From contig JANNBH010000028.1 in NCBI GenBank assembly GCA_031385245.1, forward strand, positions 26,540 to 90,539: DNA of 64,000 nt, written 5' to 3'. The stretch comes from Hyphomicrobiales bacterium. Lineage in GTDB: Bacteria; Pseudomonadota; Alphaproteobacteria; Rhizobiales; Aestuariivirgaceae. Position 1 is the stretch's first letter. Each line of letters begins with the position of its first letter. A program made the position numbers and the translations under genes. The notes beneath the pieces are model-generated. The model saw nothing but the letters and a program-made list of their open reading frames with translations. It was not told where the DNA came from and did not search any database. Shown piece after piece: positions 49,431-59,241 of this stretch.

Positions 49431-50633
49431 CTAACCGTTTAGGCTCACTTTAGGCTCACCTTTCATGTGAGTTTGGTTGCGAAGCGATGTTGTACTATGG
49501 GGTAACAGTCGGGCTGAAAATGCCTTGCTTTGCACACCATCAATCATGAGTTTCAGATACAGTTCGTAGTTTGGTAGTCGTACTAAATCGCTTGGCGCTG
49601 GAATATCACTTCCAAATTCACGCGAAAGCACGCTGGCGTCACTAGCTCCAATACGGAACGACAAAAGTGTACCGACGTTTCCAAACAAGGCATCCCGCAC
49701 ACCATCATCAAGCTGGCTTATGTATTGTGTCGTTGCAATGAGCCCGAGTCCATACTTGCGCAGCTCTGAAAGCATTCCCGCAAAGGCACCCGTAGTGAAT
49801 GCATGGAATTCATCCACATAGAGGAAGTACGGAGTACGCACAGTGTCTCGACTATACGAAGCAAGTGAAAATGCGGAGACTATCAATCCGCCCAAGACGT
49901 TCGCTGTATCAGCGCCAATACGTCCCTTCCCTAAATTCACAATCAGCACCTTCCCTTCATCCATGAGAGAACGGAAGCGCAGTGGCATCTGCGGTGTGCA
50001 CACTGCCTTTCTGACGGTGGGGTGCGCTAGAAATGCGCCTATCTTGTTTGCAATGGGTGCAACGCCATCAACTGCTGTTCGATAGTTCATCTTTGGGAAT
50101 TCAAGCGTCCAGAAGCTTCGCACTTGGGGGTCGGTTATGTTTGCAATTACCTTTGAGCGAAGGTCGGTATCGAGAAATAGTGGGATGATGTCGGCAAGGG
50201 TGGCGGTAGGCCACTCTAGGAGCGCTAGGAGTGCATACCGAAGCAAGTGTTCCATACGTGCACCCCATGCATCACTCCACTGCTTGCGGAGTGTTTCAAT
50301 GAGGCCTGATGCCAATAGGGGTCGATACTCTGGTTTGACGTATGTGAGGGGGTTGTATCCATAGGGGCATGTGGGGTCAGCAACGTCCCAGTATAGGGCG
50401 CGGTCACCGCAATACTCAGCCAGTTCTTTTGCTAAGTCGCCATGGGGATCAATGAGACAAAAACCCTGCCCTGCGTCCATGTCTTGCTTTGCCATGGTGG
50501 AAAGCAAGCTACTTTTACCTGTTCCTGTTTGGCCGAAGATTGCCATGTGGAAAAGGCGGTCGGGGGTTTTGATGCCGAAGGGTTTTGAGCCCTTGCGAGA
50601 AAGGGTGTTGGCGAGAATTAGTGTGTCATTCAT
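49431..50633 (-). CDS. Coupling-protein-like (TraG/VirD4, DUF87-type) ATPase
   Basis: HMAIFGQTGTGKS, LIDPHGD, AWGARME, YVDEFH, SELRKY, GNVGT; paralog of 26785-28032. Confidence 0.82.
   Translation of the reverse strand: MNDTLILANTLSRKGSKPFGIKTPDRLFHMAIFGQTGTGKSSLLSTMAKQDMDAGQGFCLIDPHGDLAKELAEYCGDRALYWDVADPTCPYGYNPLTYVKPEYRPLLASGLIETLRKQWSDAWGARMEHLLRYALLALLEWPTATLADIIPLFLDTDLRSKVIANITDPQVRSFWTLEFPKMNYRTAVDGVAPIANKIGAFLAHPTVRKAVCTPQMPLRFRSLMDEGKVLIVNLGKGRIGADTANVLGGLIVSAFSLASYSRDTVRTPYFLYVDEFHAFTTGAFAGMLSELRKYGLGLIATTQYISQLDDGVRDALFGNVGTLLSFRIGASDASVLSREFGSDIPAPSDLVRLPNYELYLKLMIDGVQSKAFSARLLPHSTTSLRNQTHMKGEPKVSLNG
49439..49463 (+). repeat. Putative arm-type site (left) of island 2
   Basis: TTAGGCTCACTTTAGGCTCACCTTT identical at 61910-61934; 11-bp tandem unit. 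Confidence 0.75.
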
Positions 50634-50929
50634 AAAACAATAGTTGCGTGTTTGGGCGTATGCAAATAGCCTCCCCTGCATTAGAATTGAACAAACGGCG
50701 TTTGTATTATGCTTTTCAAATATTGCTCCTGTGATCGCGCTGTCGAGATATTAAAATCACAGATGATCTGCTGCTCCGTGAACCGTGACTTCCTCATCGT
50801 CCGACTCCTTCTCAGGCTGTCAGACTCTACTATCTTTTGGTTCAGTTTTCGGGGCTTAGGTCATTCCCTGTCAACGCCCACCCTGTAACCAGTGGTTAAT
50901 TCTCTCGAGAAGTGTTAAATTTCATACTA

Positions 50930-51811
50930 ATGGCAACTACGATTCCCGCATCCTTCCAAAAGTTCAAGGAGAACCTGCAAATTACAGGTTTGCAGGAGAG
51001 TACCGTTTCCACGCGACAAACGAACGTACGTGCCGTGGTAGAGGCGGGAATAGACGTATCGAGTTCGTTCCTTGCTGGATCATATAAGCGAAGTACAATG
51101 ATAGCCCCTCTAAAAGAGGCGGACGTGGACATATTTATGGTCTTGGACAACAAATATTTTCACCACTACAACAACCAGAATGGCGGACAGGCAGGACTAT
51201 TGGATTTTGTGAAGAGGACTCTTCAAAAATCATATCCAGATACACCCGACGTGAGCCGCAACGGGCAAGCAGTCACTATTCGCTTTACTGACTTTGTGGT
51301 GGATGTTGTTCCAACATTTCATCGCCAGGGCGGTGGTTTTTTCATTCCTAACTCAATTTCACAATCTTGGTTGTCCACCGATCCTAAAAAACACATCGAA
51401 CTCATTTCCGCGTCCAATATTGCCCACAACAGCGATTTGGTTCCACTTATTAAAATGATCAAGGCGTGGAATAGGAACAGTGGAAAATTCTTTCGATCTT
51501 TCCACCTTGAGCTATTGGCCCTCCAAATATTGACCAACGTGACGATAACGGATTACCCATCGGGCATGCGGTATTTTTTCGACAAAGGAAGAACCCTGAT
51601 ACGACAACAGAACGCTGACCCCGCAGGATTTGGCGATGATCTCGGTCGGTATCTTAATACGACTGAAAAATTGGACGAGGCGGCTGGAAAGTTTCAGCTC
51701 GCTTATGAAAGAGCTGTGAAGGCCGAAGAGTTTGCCTTGCGCGGTAGTGTCATTAATGCCGTGGACATGTGGATAAAAATCAATGGTAACTACTTCCCCG
51801 CCTATGGATAA
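50930..51811 (+). CDS. SMODS / CD-NTase nucleotidyltransferase (CBASS cyclase)
   Basis: GSYKRSTMI...ADVDI, VDVVP, TDP, IKMIKAWN, SFHLE, DP motifs. Confidence 0.85.
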   Translation: MATTIPASFQKFKENLQITGLQESTVSTRQTNVRAVVEAGIDVSSSFLAGSYKRSTMIAPLKEADVDIFMVLDNKYFHHYNNQNGGQAGLLDFVKRTLQKSYPDTPDVSRNGQAVTIRFTDFVVDVVPTFHRQGGGFFIPNSISQSWLSTDPKKHIELISASNIAHNSDLVPLIKMIKAWNRNSGKFFRSFHLELLALQILTNVTITDYPSGMRYFFDKGRTLIRQQNADPAGFGDDLGRYLNTTEKLDEAAGKFQLAYERAVKAEEFALRGSVINAVDMWIKINGNYFPAYG

Positions 51812-52562
51812 CGAAAAACAAGATCCGCTTAACGACCAAGTATACAAACCGCTCCTTTGCGCGGAGGCCGCACAAAGAGCACTGTTTTATTTGTCTGCAG
51901 CGCTGTCAATTCTCTCTCTAATCATTCACGACGGTCATGGATTTTTACTCAGCATTCTGCAACCACTTTTTCTCACTTCGTCATTGATATATTTTGCTCT
52001 TGGACTGTTAATCAAACTTCACTTCTTCCCTCGCGCCCAAATTAGACGTTACCGCGACTTTCTAGGACACGCGACGGGGAAGCAGGCCGATCACAAGGAA
52101 ACCATCGGTTATTACAATAACAATTCAGCTGCGGGTCCGTCCAAAGTAGCTGCCCAAGTGTTAGAAAGTGCTTTTTTCACAAAAGAAATTCTTACGCGGA
52201 TGCTTCCATTTGAGCGAGCATTAGCGGGGGTCTATTTCATACTTTGGCTACTAGCGGTTTACTATCGTTCGACTGATTTGGAGTGGATAGGTATCTTAGC
52301 TCAAATTCTATTTAGCGAAGAAGTTCTTTCACGGTGGCTTCGCCTTGAGTGGCTCAAATGGAATACTGAGCAGATTTTTGAAGAAGTCTCGACCATGTTG
52401 CGCAACAAGGCAAAACTGAATTTGCTTGCTTGGGTAACGTTGGGCAAATACGAAATTGTGAAAGCAACCGCTGCCTCGTCTCTTTCCACTAAAGTATTTA
52501 AACGATGGAATGATAGTCTCAATAAAGAGTGGAACCAGATTAGGGAAAGCTTAGGTGTCTGA
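51804..52562 (+). CDS. Four-TM CBASS effector-like protein
   Basis: Overlaps the cyclase stop; two pairs of hydrophobic helices around YYNN..ESAFFT. Confidence 0.72.
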   Translation: MDNEKQDPLNDQVYKPLLCAEAAQRALFYLSAALSILSLIIHDGHGFLLSILQPLFLTSSLIYFALGLLIKLHFFPRAQIRRYRDFLGHATGKQADHKETIGYYNNNSAAGPSKVAAQVLESAFFTKEILTRMLPFERALAGVYFILWLLAVYYRSTDLEWIGILAQILFSEEVLSRWLRLEWLKWNTEQIFEEVSTMLRNKAKLNLLAWVTLGKYEIVKATAASSLSTKVFKRWNDSLNKEWNQIRESLGV

Positions 52563-52672
52563 GGGCGACCTAGTGTGGTGCCAAAAATTACTGTCGATCG
52601 TTTGGAATTCTTCATAACCCAATTCTTTCGGTATTTCGACCGGAGAACTAGACCTCACTATATGTATAGGTT

Positions 52673-54520
52673 TCAATTGGGCTTTGGGATCGTTTGTGAG
52701 AATTCCAATGTCCCACTACGAGGACGTTCGATTTGACTCAGTTTGAATACGTTTAACTTTAGGGGCATCTGACCGGCCGTTCCACTAAAAATACAGGTTC
52801 CAGTCGGCAATGTTGGAATCGAGTCCTCGGACAACTGATCAATATAAGAAACAGCATTTGCAATGGTAGCAAGGTCTTTTTGATTGATAAGGCGATGAAT
52901 AAAATAGTTGTGTGCCTGTGAGGTTATTGTTGGTGATATATCGTTCGGTCGCTGGCTTGAGATTGTAACAAAGACACCAAATTTCCTGCCTTCCTTGATA
53001 ATTTCTTCGAAGGTCTCAAGTCGATAGTCCTTCCAGTTTTCCGCCTCTCGTGTTGAAGTAGACGAAAGAATATTGTGTGCTTCATCAATTATAATGCACA
53101 GCGAGTGATCCCCCGCCAATTCTTTTTGCTTCATGTACTCTTTTCTTGAAACAAGAAGCGGCAATGTTTTTTTCATTTCGAGATTTACGTTGTTCAAATT
53201 TATCACGACAAAATTCTCTTGCCAGAAATTTGTTGTTCCAGATGTATCTAATACTTTCTCAATGTCTGCCCGTTTACTCTTAAGCTTATTTATTGCAGGT
53301 GCGATGTGTTCATTCTGTGCTCGATTAGCGAGCACATCAGAAATCAGTTGCAGGTACATAAAATAAATAAGATTTGTCAGCAGATTATTACTGAACGCAA
53401 AAGTGTCTACATGCCGAAAGACGATTGTAGTTGGAATATGTTCAGGATGACTTTTTAGAAACGTTTGACTATCTCGCAGTTTATATTCAGCCATAGTATT
53501 GTGCCAATCAAGGTCTGCAGCTAATTCAACACGATTTCCATCGACATCTATATCTGGTAGAACTTCCCTCAAATAGTCAAATAAAAGGTCAACTCGAATT
53601 TTGTCTGACATTTGAAGAATTTGAGTAATTCGTTGTCGGAGGATATTCTTAAAATAATCTGTTGCCTGTATATTATCTCCTTGAAATACCCGTTCAAATA
53701 AACTGATTGATCGCCTCAAGAATGGCTTTTGTGTTTTTTCGGTAGCATCGGCGAGTATCGCAATGAGTTCTGGGTCAAGTAGATTTTCCCTAGATATAGG
53801 AAGTTTATCGCCATTCATATCTCGAGTGGAGAGATTATAAACGGTCTTTCTTGTTGTTATACAGTTAGGATGCGCATACTCGCCATTAAAATCTAAAAGA
53901 AGAAACTTACATTTTTCTCTAAATACTTCATCGTTTCTCTCTGTCATTGTTTTAATAAAAGCCCCGAACATAGCAGCGAGGGTGTTTGACTTTCCGCTAC
54001 CAGTATTTCCAAAGATTGCAATATGACTGTTGAATAGGCCGTCTACTGGAAACTCAATCGGATAATCTTCGGACTCCGTCTTTGCAAAGGTAACTGCTAT
54101 TCCATCTTTGGAAATTAGCTTGTGTATTTGGTGAATTCTTTCTCCAGTTACCAGAAATGCCTCGTTTCCAATAAGTGGTAATTCTCTGGTGCCACCAAAG
54201 AAAACACCGTCCATATCAATAAAGCCTACCAACGCTATTGTCAGCACCCTCTTGTTACGATCAAAAGCGGAAGTGAGTGTCTGTCTGTCAGACTGCATTT
54301 CTTCCGTTCGTTCTCCTTCAACTTTACCAATGAGAGTCAGAAATCCCTTTCTGATCTCGATGTAGCTGTTTACAGAAACATTCCGAACAAACTGTCCTGA
54401 CAAAAACAAATCTGAGAGATTTTTGTTTTTGTCTACCCGAACAAATATCTTTCGACCGTAGACTTCGACTACTTCGCCAACCCGAAGAATCGCATCTATT
54501 GATTGGGTGCTAGCTTTCAT
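52673..54520 (-). CDS. herA: HerA-like ATPase (Sir2-HerA defence)
   Basis: HAS-like N-terminus, HIAIFGNTGSGKS, DFNGEY, IIDEAH, KEGRKFG, SQRP. Confidence 0.88.
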   Translation of the reverse strand: MKASTQSIDAILRVGEVVEVYGRKIFVRVDKNKNLSDLFLSGQFVRNVSVNSYIEIRKGFLTLIGKVEGERTEEMQSDRQTLTSAFDRNKRVLTIALVGFIDMDGVFFGGTRELPLIGNEAFLVTGERIHQIHKLISKDGIAVTFAKTESEDYPIEFPVDGLFNSHIAIFGNTGSGKSNTLAAMFGAFIKTMTERNDEVFREKCKFLLLDFNGEYAHPNCITTRKTVYNLSTRDMNGDKLPISRENLLDPELIAILADATEKTQKPFLRRSISLFERVFQGDNIQATDYFKNILRQRITQILQMSDKIRVDLLFDYLREVLPDIDVDGNRVELAADLDWHNTMAEYKLRDSQTFLKSHPEHIPTTIVFRHVDTFAFSNNLLTNLIYFMYLQLISDVLANRAQNEHIAPAINKLKSKRADIEKVLDTSGTTNFWQENFVVINLNNVNLEMKKTLPLLVSRKEYMKQKELAGDHSLCIIIDEAHNILSSTSTREAENWKDYRLETFEEIIKEGRKFGVFVTISSQRPNDISPTITSQAHNYFIHRLINQKDLATIANAVSYIDQLSEDSIPTLPTGTCIFSGTAGQMPLKLNVFKLSQIERPRSGTLEFSQTIPKPN

Positions 54521-55550
54521 AGATTGATTTCGGGATCACAGCAGAAAGCATTGAATTGAAATGTTCAAATTCAATATTTTGACCATCTTCGGGATAAAGA
54601 ATCACGACATTATTGAAGTTACTAAATTTTTTTTCATACTCGTCTACAGAAGCAAAGCTATGGGCGGAAATTACCAATATCAAAGTAGGGTTCTTTAAGG
54701 CGCGACGAGTTATGTCGAGAAGATGTTCATCTTCGAATGAGAACCCAAATGTTATCAGGATCGAGTTTTCAAGTTCAAGTCGATTTGCATAAATTCTCAG
54801 GAGGTCATAGTAAACCCGCTCCATTAGAGTCTGTTCAAATTTCGCTGATGTAGGAAGAATAAGTGCAAACTGCTTGATGAACACTTCTAATTCTGCGGTG
54901 TATGTAGAAGATGAAGGGTCGGGGATTGAAAGCTTTGAACTCCGGCTCATTAATGCGCCACTTTCCACCAACCAAGACAGAGAACCATGAAGTTTTACCA
55001 GATTAATTCCAGCCATAGCAAATTCGTAGTTAAACAAGTTGCCTGTTGCATGAGTAACGTCGAAAAATGTTTCGGGACGAAATTGGAAGTTCCCGTTGAT
55101 GCTTGGAGTTCGTTGGAAACCATCGTTAAGCCGCAGAGTGAGTAGATTTTCAGATGCTCGCTCAATAAACATGTCGTAATTTGACGAGAATACCGTTGCT
55201 TGTTTTGAGAGCAGTGGCGTCTTACGTGCCTCCAGAAGGCGGGAAACAATATCCAAAAATGTATTATATTGTTTGATAACTAAACTGATGTCAGCTGATA
55301 TGCTATTATCGAACATTGCGTTTGTTGCGCCCTGAATCGCAGTCAGAAATTCTAGTCGTTTTGAATCAAAACCCGCTTTGTTAGTCTTTAGTAGCTCGTT
55401 GAGCTCTTTCTCAATACCACCTGCAATCGGAATAGCAGGGTAAGAAGCGCCTGAACCCAGTAGAAAACTAATATTTCCAGACTGCATGCCCTTGCTGAGC
55501 AGTTTTTGAAGCTCTTCGGTTTCTTTAGTTGTACAGATTTTCTTCGCCAT
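54510..55550 (-). CDS. SIR2-like NADase (Sir2-HerA defence)
   Basis: FLLGSGAS, FSSNYD, KLHGS, FGFSF.D.H; overlaps herA start. Confidence 0.88.
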   Translation of the reverse strand: MAKKICTTKETEELQKLLSKGMQSGNISFLLGSGASYPAIPIAGGIEKELNELLKTNKAGFDSKRLEFLTAIQGATNAMFDNSISADISLVIKQYNTFLDIVSRLLEARKTPLLSKQATVFSSNYDMFIERASENLLTLRLNDGFQRTPSINGNFQFRPETFFDVTHATGNLFNYEFAMAGINLVKLHGSLSWLVESGALMSRSSKLSIPDPSSSTYTAELEVFIKQFALILPTSAKFEQTLMERVYYDLLRIYANRLELENSILITFGFSFEDEHLLDITRRALKNPTLILVISAHSFASVDEYEKKFSNFNNVVILYPEDGQNIEFEHFNSMLSAVIPKSIYES

Positions 55551-55671
55551 AAAGCTAAATTTCTCAATGCATAAGTATGGTATCACAAAATAGAGTGATA
55601 CAGGACAAATGCAATAATCCAAAACATTGGCTTAAAACATTGACAAATGCGCATTGCACCCCTCTCCTTCT

Positions 55672-55691
55672 TGTGCTACATTGTAGCTACA
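55672..55691. promoter_or_regulatory. Putative DinJ/RelB operator (copy 2)
   Basis: Identical to 8524-8543. Confidence 0.7.
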
Positions 55692-55709
55692 ACCAAGAGA
55701 AACAACATC

Positions 55710-55994
55710 ATGACCACCATCAATAAAACTGACATCGTCAGAGCGCGTATAGAACCAAAAGTGAAACGAGATGCAGAAGGCATCCTCAAGCGTCTTGGCG
55801 TTTCCCACAGTACCTTCATCAACATGAGCTACCGTGCTGTTGTCGAAGCAAAAGGTATTCCGCTTTCACTCCATATCCCAAACAAAGAAACAGCGACGGT
55901 GCTTAATGATGCTCGAAAACCTTTAAAGCGGAAACAGTATCAAAAGGCAGAAACACTCGCCGATTTCACAGCCTTAATGAGTGCAAAACGCTAA
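55710..55994 (+). CDS. dinJ: RelB/DinJ family antitoxin (copy 2)
   Basis: NKTDIVRARIEPKVKRDAE.ILKRLGVSHSTFINMSYRAVVE shared with 8560-8850. Confidence 0.88.
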   Translation: MTTINKTDIVRARIEPKVKRDAEGILKRLGVSHSTFINMSYRAVVEAKGIPLSLHIPNKETATVLNDARKPLKRKQYQKAETLADFTALMSAKR

Positions 55995-55997
55995 TCT

Positions 55998-56270
55998 ATG
56001 CGACGGCTTGAATACAGCACGAAATTCAAGAAGGACTATAGGCGCGTTGAGAAACGTGGTCTCTCCATGAAAAAGCTCAATGATGTGCTAGAGCTTCTTA
56101 TGGATAACAAAACACTTCCACCAAAGAACCGCCCGCACATGCTTTCGGGTAAGTGGAAGGGTTTCTCTGAATGTCACATTGAGCCTGACTGGCTACTTAT
56201 ATACGATCTTGATGATCCGCAGGTGGTTGCACTTCACCGAACTGGCACACATTCTGATTTGTTTGAGTAG
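55998..56270 (+). CDS. yafQ: YafQ family toxin (copy 2)
   Basis: ECHIEPDWLLIY, GTHSDLF. Confidence 0.92.
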   Translation: MRRLEYSTKFKKDYRRVEKRGLSMKKLNDVLELLMDNKTLPPKNRPHMLSGKWKGFSECHIEPDWLLIYDLDDPQVVALHRTGTHSDLFE

Positions 56271-57798
56271 CGGTGAGCTTCAACAAACTGGCTGGCAACT
56301 CGGTACTCGCACTGTGTGCCAATGTTTCTAATTGCTTGTTCTTCAATTGGTGACTGCTTCGAGAAGTGGGACGGTGAAGGGCACCAAGCAAGTCAGTCAC
56401 AGCAATCTCAGTAGCAACAAGCCAATCCTGTGGCTCAACACAAATGTTTTTTCCCGCCACGAAACGGTTCGAGGTTGTGTTTTCGAGCATCTCCCGTTTT
56501 TCAACTGGTTTTGCAATTATATAAAGCACTGCAAGGTTTTTTATCAGTTCGAGGAATCTGCGCACGTCTTCGGCATTAGCAGTCTTTTTCTCGAGTAACT
56601 GTGTCTCCTTTAATCTCGCCACCTCAAACAAAATTGTTTGTTTTCGTTTTGCATAGTCATCGTTGTCGATCACTCTGTCTATCAGTGCATCAGTGAGGCG
56701 GTCGAGCTTTTGTTCTAGTACTGCAATTTGCATGGGGATGGTGTTTGGTGCGGCGCAAGCGTGTTTCTCTTCAATCCACTTTGAAACTTCAGTAGTGAGT
56801 AGCTGAACATCTTCGTCGGTCAGTACGGTGCGTGAAAGTACATTTAGAATTTCAGCCTCAAGCCCTTCTTCACGCACACACTTGGTCATACAGTCAGGTG
56901 TATGGCAACGATAATACACATGCCCTTTTTGCCGTTCTGGTATCATTGCAAGCTTGCAGTATTGGCACTGGAAAAGCCCTCGATAGGCGTGAAGGTGTTT
57001 GGTGACTTTCTTGCCTGAACGTCCCGCCTTCACGTCTTGCACACGATCAAACAAACTTTGTGCGATCAGCGGTTCATGAATTCCTGCGTAGATCATTCCC
57101 GTACGCTTAATCTTGATAGTCCCTGCATAAAAGGGATTGTTAAGAATTTGCTCGATGCCACCTTTCGATACGGGCCTGTTGTATCCATTACGAAGTCCCA
57201 GAGACTCCATGTGGAGACGCAGACTGCGTGTGGAGTATGCACCACTACCATAGAGTTCAAAGGCTTTAACGATGAGTGGCCCTTGTAGAGGATCCGGTGT
57301 CTTTGCTTTTCCTCCGCCATTGTCGCAGTACCCAATAGGTGCCTTGAATGGATAGAGTCCTTGCTTCAATCTTCCACTAATACCCTTCTTCGTTTCTTCC
57401 CGAAGATTTCGAATATAGTCGGCGGCAATAACTGCTTGAATGTCAGCAGAAAGCCTCCCACCCCTTGAGCGGAAGTCCAATGTTTCTGAAGCAAAGTGAA
57501 CATCAATCCCCTGATCTGATAACTCACCAATCTTCGCCCAATCAGCAAAGTTGCGAGCACTGCGGTCAATTTTGTGGATGATAAGCCCTTGCGCTTCACC
57601 TTTATGAAGTGCCTTCATCATTGCGGAGAATATGGGTCGCCCAGCTTTTGCAGCGGTTTCCTTTTCTTCAAACCACGAAATTACCTGAAGATCATTTCTG
57701 TTTGCGAACGCTAGAATTGCATCACGTTGCGCTTCAAGTGAAACACCTTCGCCTTGTTTAGCGGTTGATACACGGACATATCCAAAACACGATTTCAT
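56197..57798 (-). CDS. Large serine recombinase
   Basis: YVRVST catalytic Ser, DRSAR, recombinase domain P.GY and NP.Y.G, zinc ribbon C..C...YYRC...C, coiled coil. Confidence 0.92.
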   Translation of the reverse strand: MKSCFGYVRVSTAKQGEGVSLEAQRDAILAFANRNDLQVISWFEEKETAAKAGRPIFSAMMKALHKGEAQGLIIHKIDRSARNFADWAKIGELSDQGIDVHFASETLDFRSRGGRLSADIQAVIAADYIRNLREETKKGISGRLKQGLYPFKAPIGYCDNGGGKAKTPDPLQGPLIVKAFELYGSGAYSTRSLRLHMESLGLRNGYNRPVSKGGIEQILNNPFYAGTIKIKRTGMIYAGIHEPLIAQSLFDRVQDVKAGRSGKKVTKHLHAYRGLFQCQYCKLAMIPERQKGHVYYRCHTPDCMTKCVREEGLEAEILNVLSRTVLTDEDVQLLTTEVSKWIEEKHACAAPNTIPMQIAVLEQKLDRLTDALIDRVIDNDDYAKRKQTILFEVARLKETQLLEKKTANAEDVRRFLELIKNLAVLYIIAKPVEKREMLENTTSNRFVAGKNICVEPQDWLVATEIAVTDLLGALHRPTSRSSHQLKNKQLETLAHSASTELPASLLKLTATQTNQNVCQFGEVQPPADHQDRI

Positions 57799-57935
57799 AT
57801 AGCATTGTTGTTATTCTCTGACTCTATCAAATCTTCGGAAAGAGTCGAATCTAACCACGGCCAAGAACCGTCTTTTTCCATACGTTCATATACCTGTTTG
57901 CACAGGCGAAGGTAGGCCTCAAGCTCAGGACTCAT
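57795..57935 (-). CDS. 46-aa ORF translationally coupled to the serine recombinase
   Basis: MSPELEAYLRLCKQVYERMEKDGSWPW...; its TGA overlaps the recombinase ATG (ATGA). Confidence 0.6.
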   Translation of the reverse strand: MSPELEAYLRLCKQVYERMEKDGSWPWLDSTLSEDLIESENNNNAI

Positions 57936-58081
57936 TTGCATGTATGTCAAGATACGCCTTGACCGTCTTCATATATAGAAGGCCATACATTAACCCGCCA
58001 CAAGGGGAGCCTTCTATCATTCACATGCCAAAAGCCCGAAACTGGCTCTCATAAACCTAAGCACCGTCAGTACTCTAGAAG

Positions 58082-58155
58082 AACAGACTGTATGACCGAA
58101 GCGACATCGGAGTGGTTCCACCACTCCGTTATTAGCTTAGTTCATGCAGTCTGTT
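58082..58155 (+). other. Nested stem-loop between divergent promoters
   Basis: AACAGACTGTATGA / TCATGCAGTCTGTT outer stem; CGGAGTGG / CCACTCCG inner stem. Confidence 0.5.
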
Positions 58156-58259
58156 TTTGTGTTTTCAAAGCTCACATGAGTATCCCACATACTGGGGCTT
58201 CTTATGTGCATTAAAACTTGGCGTTAGCATGTGTGTCTTAATCAATAAGTACAAAACAT

Positions 58260-58613
58260 ATGAAACATGAATTTGCGCTTGATCTCAAAGTCGAGCGAAG
58301 AAAGGCGGGGTTGTCACAGGGGGACGTTGCACATCTTCTTGATGTTCACCCCTCGAAGGTGTCACTGCTCGAAGCAGGGCGGTTGATGCCGTCACTTCGG
58401 GACATTTGTTCACTCACCGTGCTGTATGGAAAATCGTTTGAAAGTTTGTTCTATGGGGTTCTCAAGAAAACTGCGGGCAATCTCAAAGGACGGTTTCAAA
58501 AGATGCCTGATGCACCCAAACGCTGGCTTCCCTCGTTCAACAGAAAGGCGAGTCTCGGAGCTCTGGCAGAGCGTTTAGAAGCTATAACACCAGAAGACCA
58601 TGAAACAATTTAA
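58260..58613 (+). CDS. XRE family HTH regulator
   Basis: LK..RRKAGLSQ.DVA.LL.V....VS.LE.G...PS. Confidence 0.85.
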   Translation: MKHEFALDLKVERRKAGLSQGDVAHLLDVHPSKVSLLEAGRLMPSLRDICSLTVLYGKSFESLFYGVLKKTAGNLKGRFQKMPDAPKRWLPSFNRKASLGALAERLEAITPEDHETI

Positions 58614-59052
58614 AGTGCTGGCGATAGCTGTTGCCACGGGGCGCATTGGGTATGTGTATCTGGTGGGGCAACGACTTATGGACTGGGGGCTTTCACGCAA
58701 AGCAAGTAGCAATACGCAATCGGCAAGCGCTCAAGCAAAGGCGTGGATTGCAGAACTGGAACCGGATGTGGTGATCACGCAGAACGTTCCAAAGTCATCA
58801 ACCAAAAGTGTGAAGACCAGAGCGCTCATTGAGGCAATCACCAAGGTTGCTCGTGATGCTCATGTGCTTGACGTGCAAGTGACCAAGCCACATTTCTTCA
58901 AGAACAAGTATGCAGAAGCGGCGGCGCTTGGTGAACGCTTTCCTGAGATTGCTATTTGGGTACCAAAGATACGAAGGCTTTGGGAACCGGAGCCAAGAAC
59001 AACGGTGTTGTTTGAAGCGCTGGTGATGGCATGTGTGCTCGTCGACGGGTGA
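58600..59052 (+). CDS. RNase H / RuvC-like fold hypothetical protein
   Basis: KVLAI....RIGYV...DWG..EPDVVI pattern, acidic catalytic residues absent. Confidence 0.5.
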   Translation: MKQFKVLAIAVATGRIGYVYLVGQRLMDWGLSRKASSNTQSASAQAKAWIAELEPDVVITQNVPKSSTKSVKTRALIEAITKVARDAHVLDVQVTKPHFFKNKYAEAAALGERFPEIAIWVPKIRRLWEPEPRTTVLFEALVMACVLVDG

Positions 59053-59241
59053 TAGGTATCTGCGAAAGAAAAGAGCAGATTAAGTATATGGGTCGTGGGT
59101 TCCAACATCCTGAAAATGTACCGACATGTGTCGGTATGTTTTTGTATGGGGTTACCATAGGGGGGTACCATACAGTGTGGTGGGGTGTATGACGAAGGGG
59201 TATCCCTAACCTCCCCCGTAAACATATCAGACTGGCAACCT

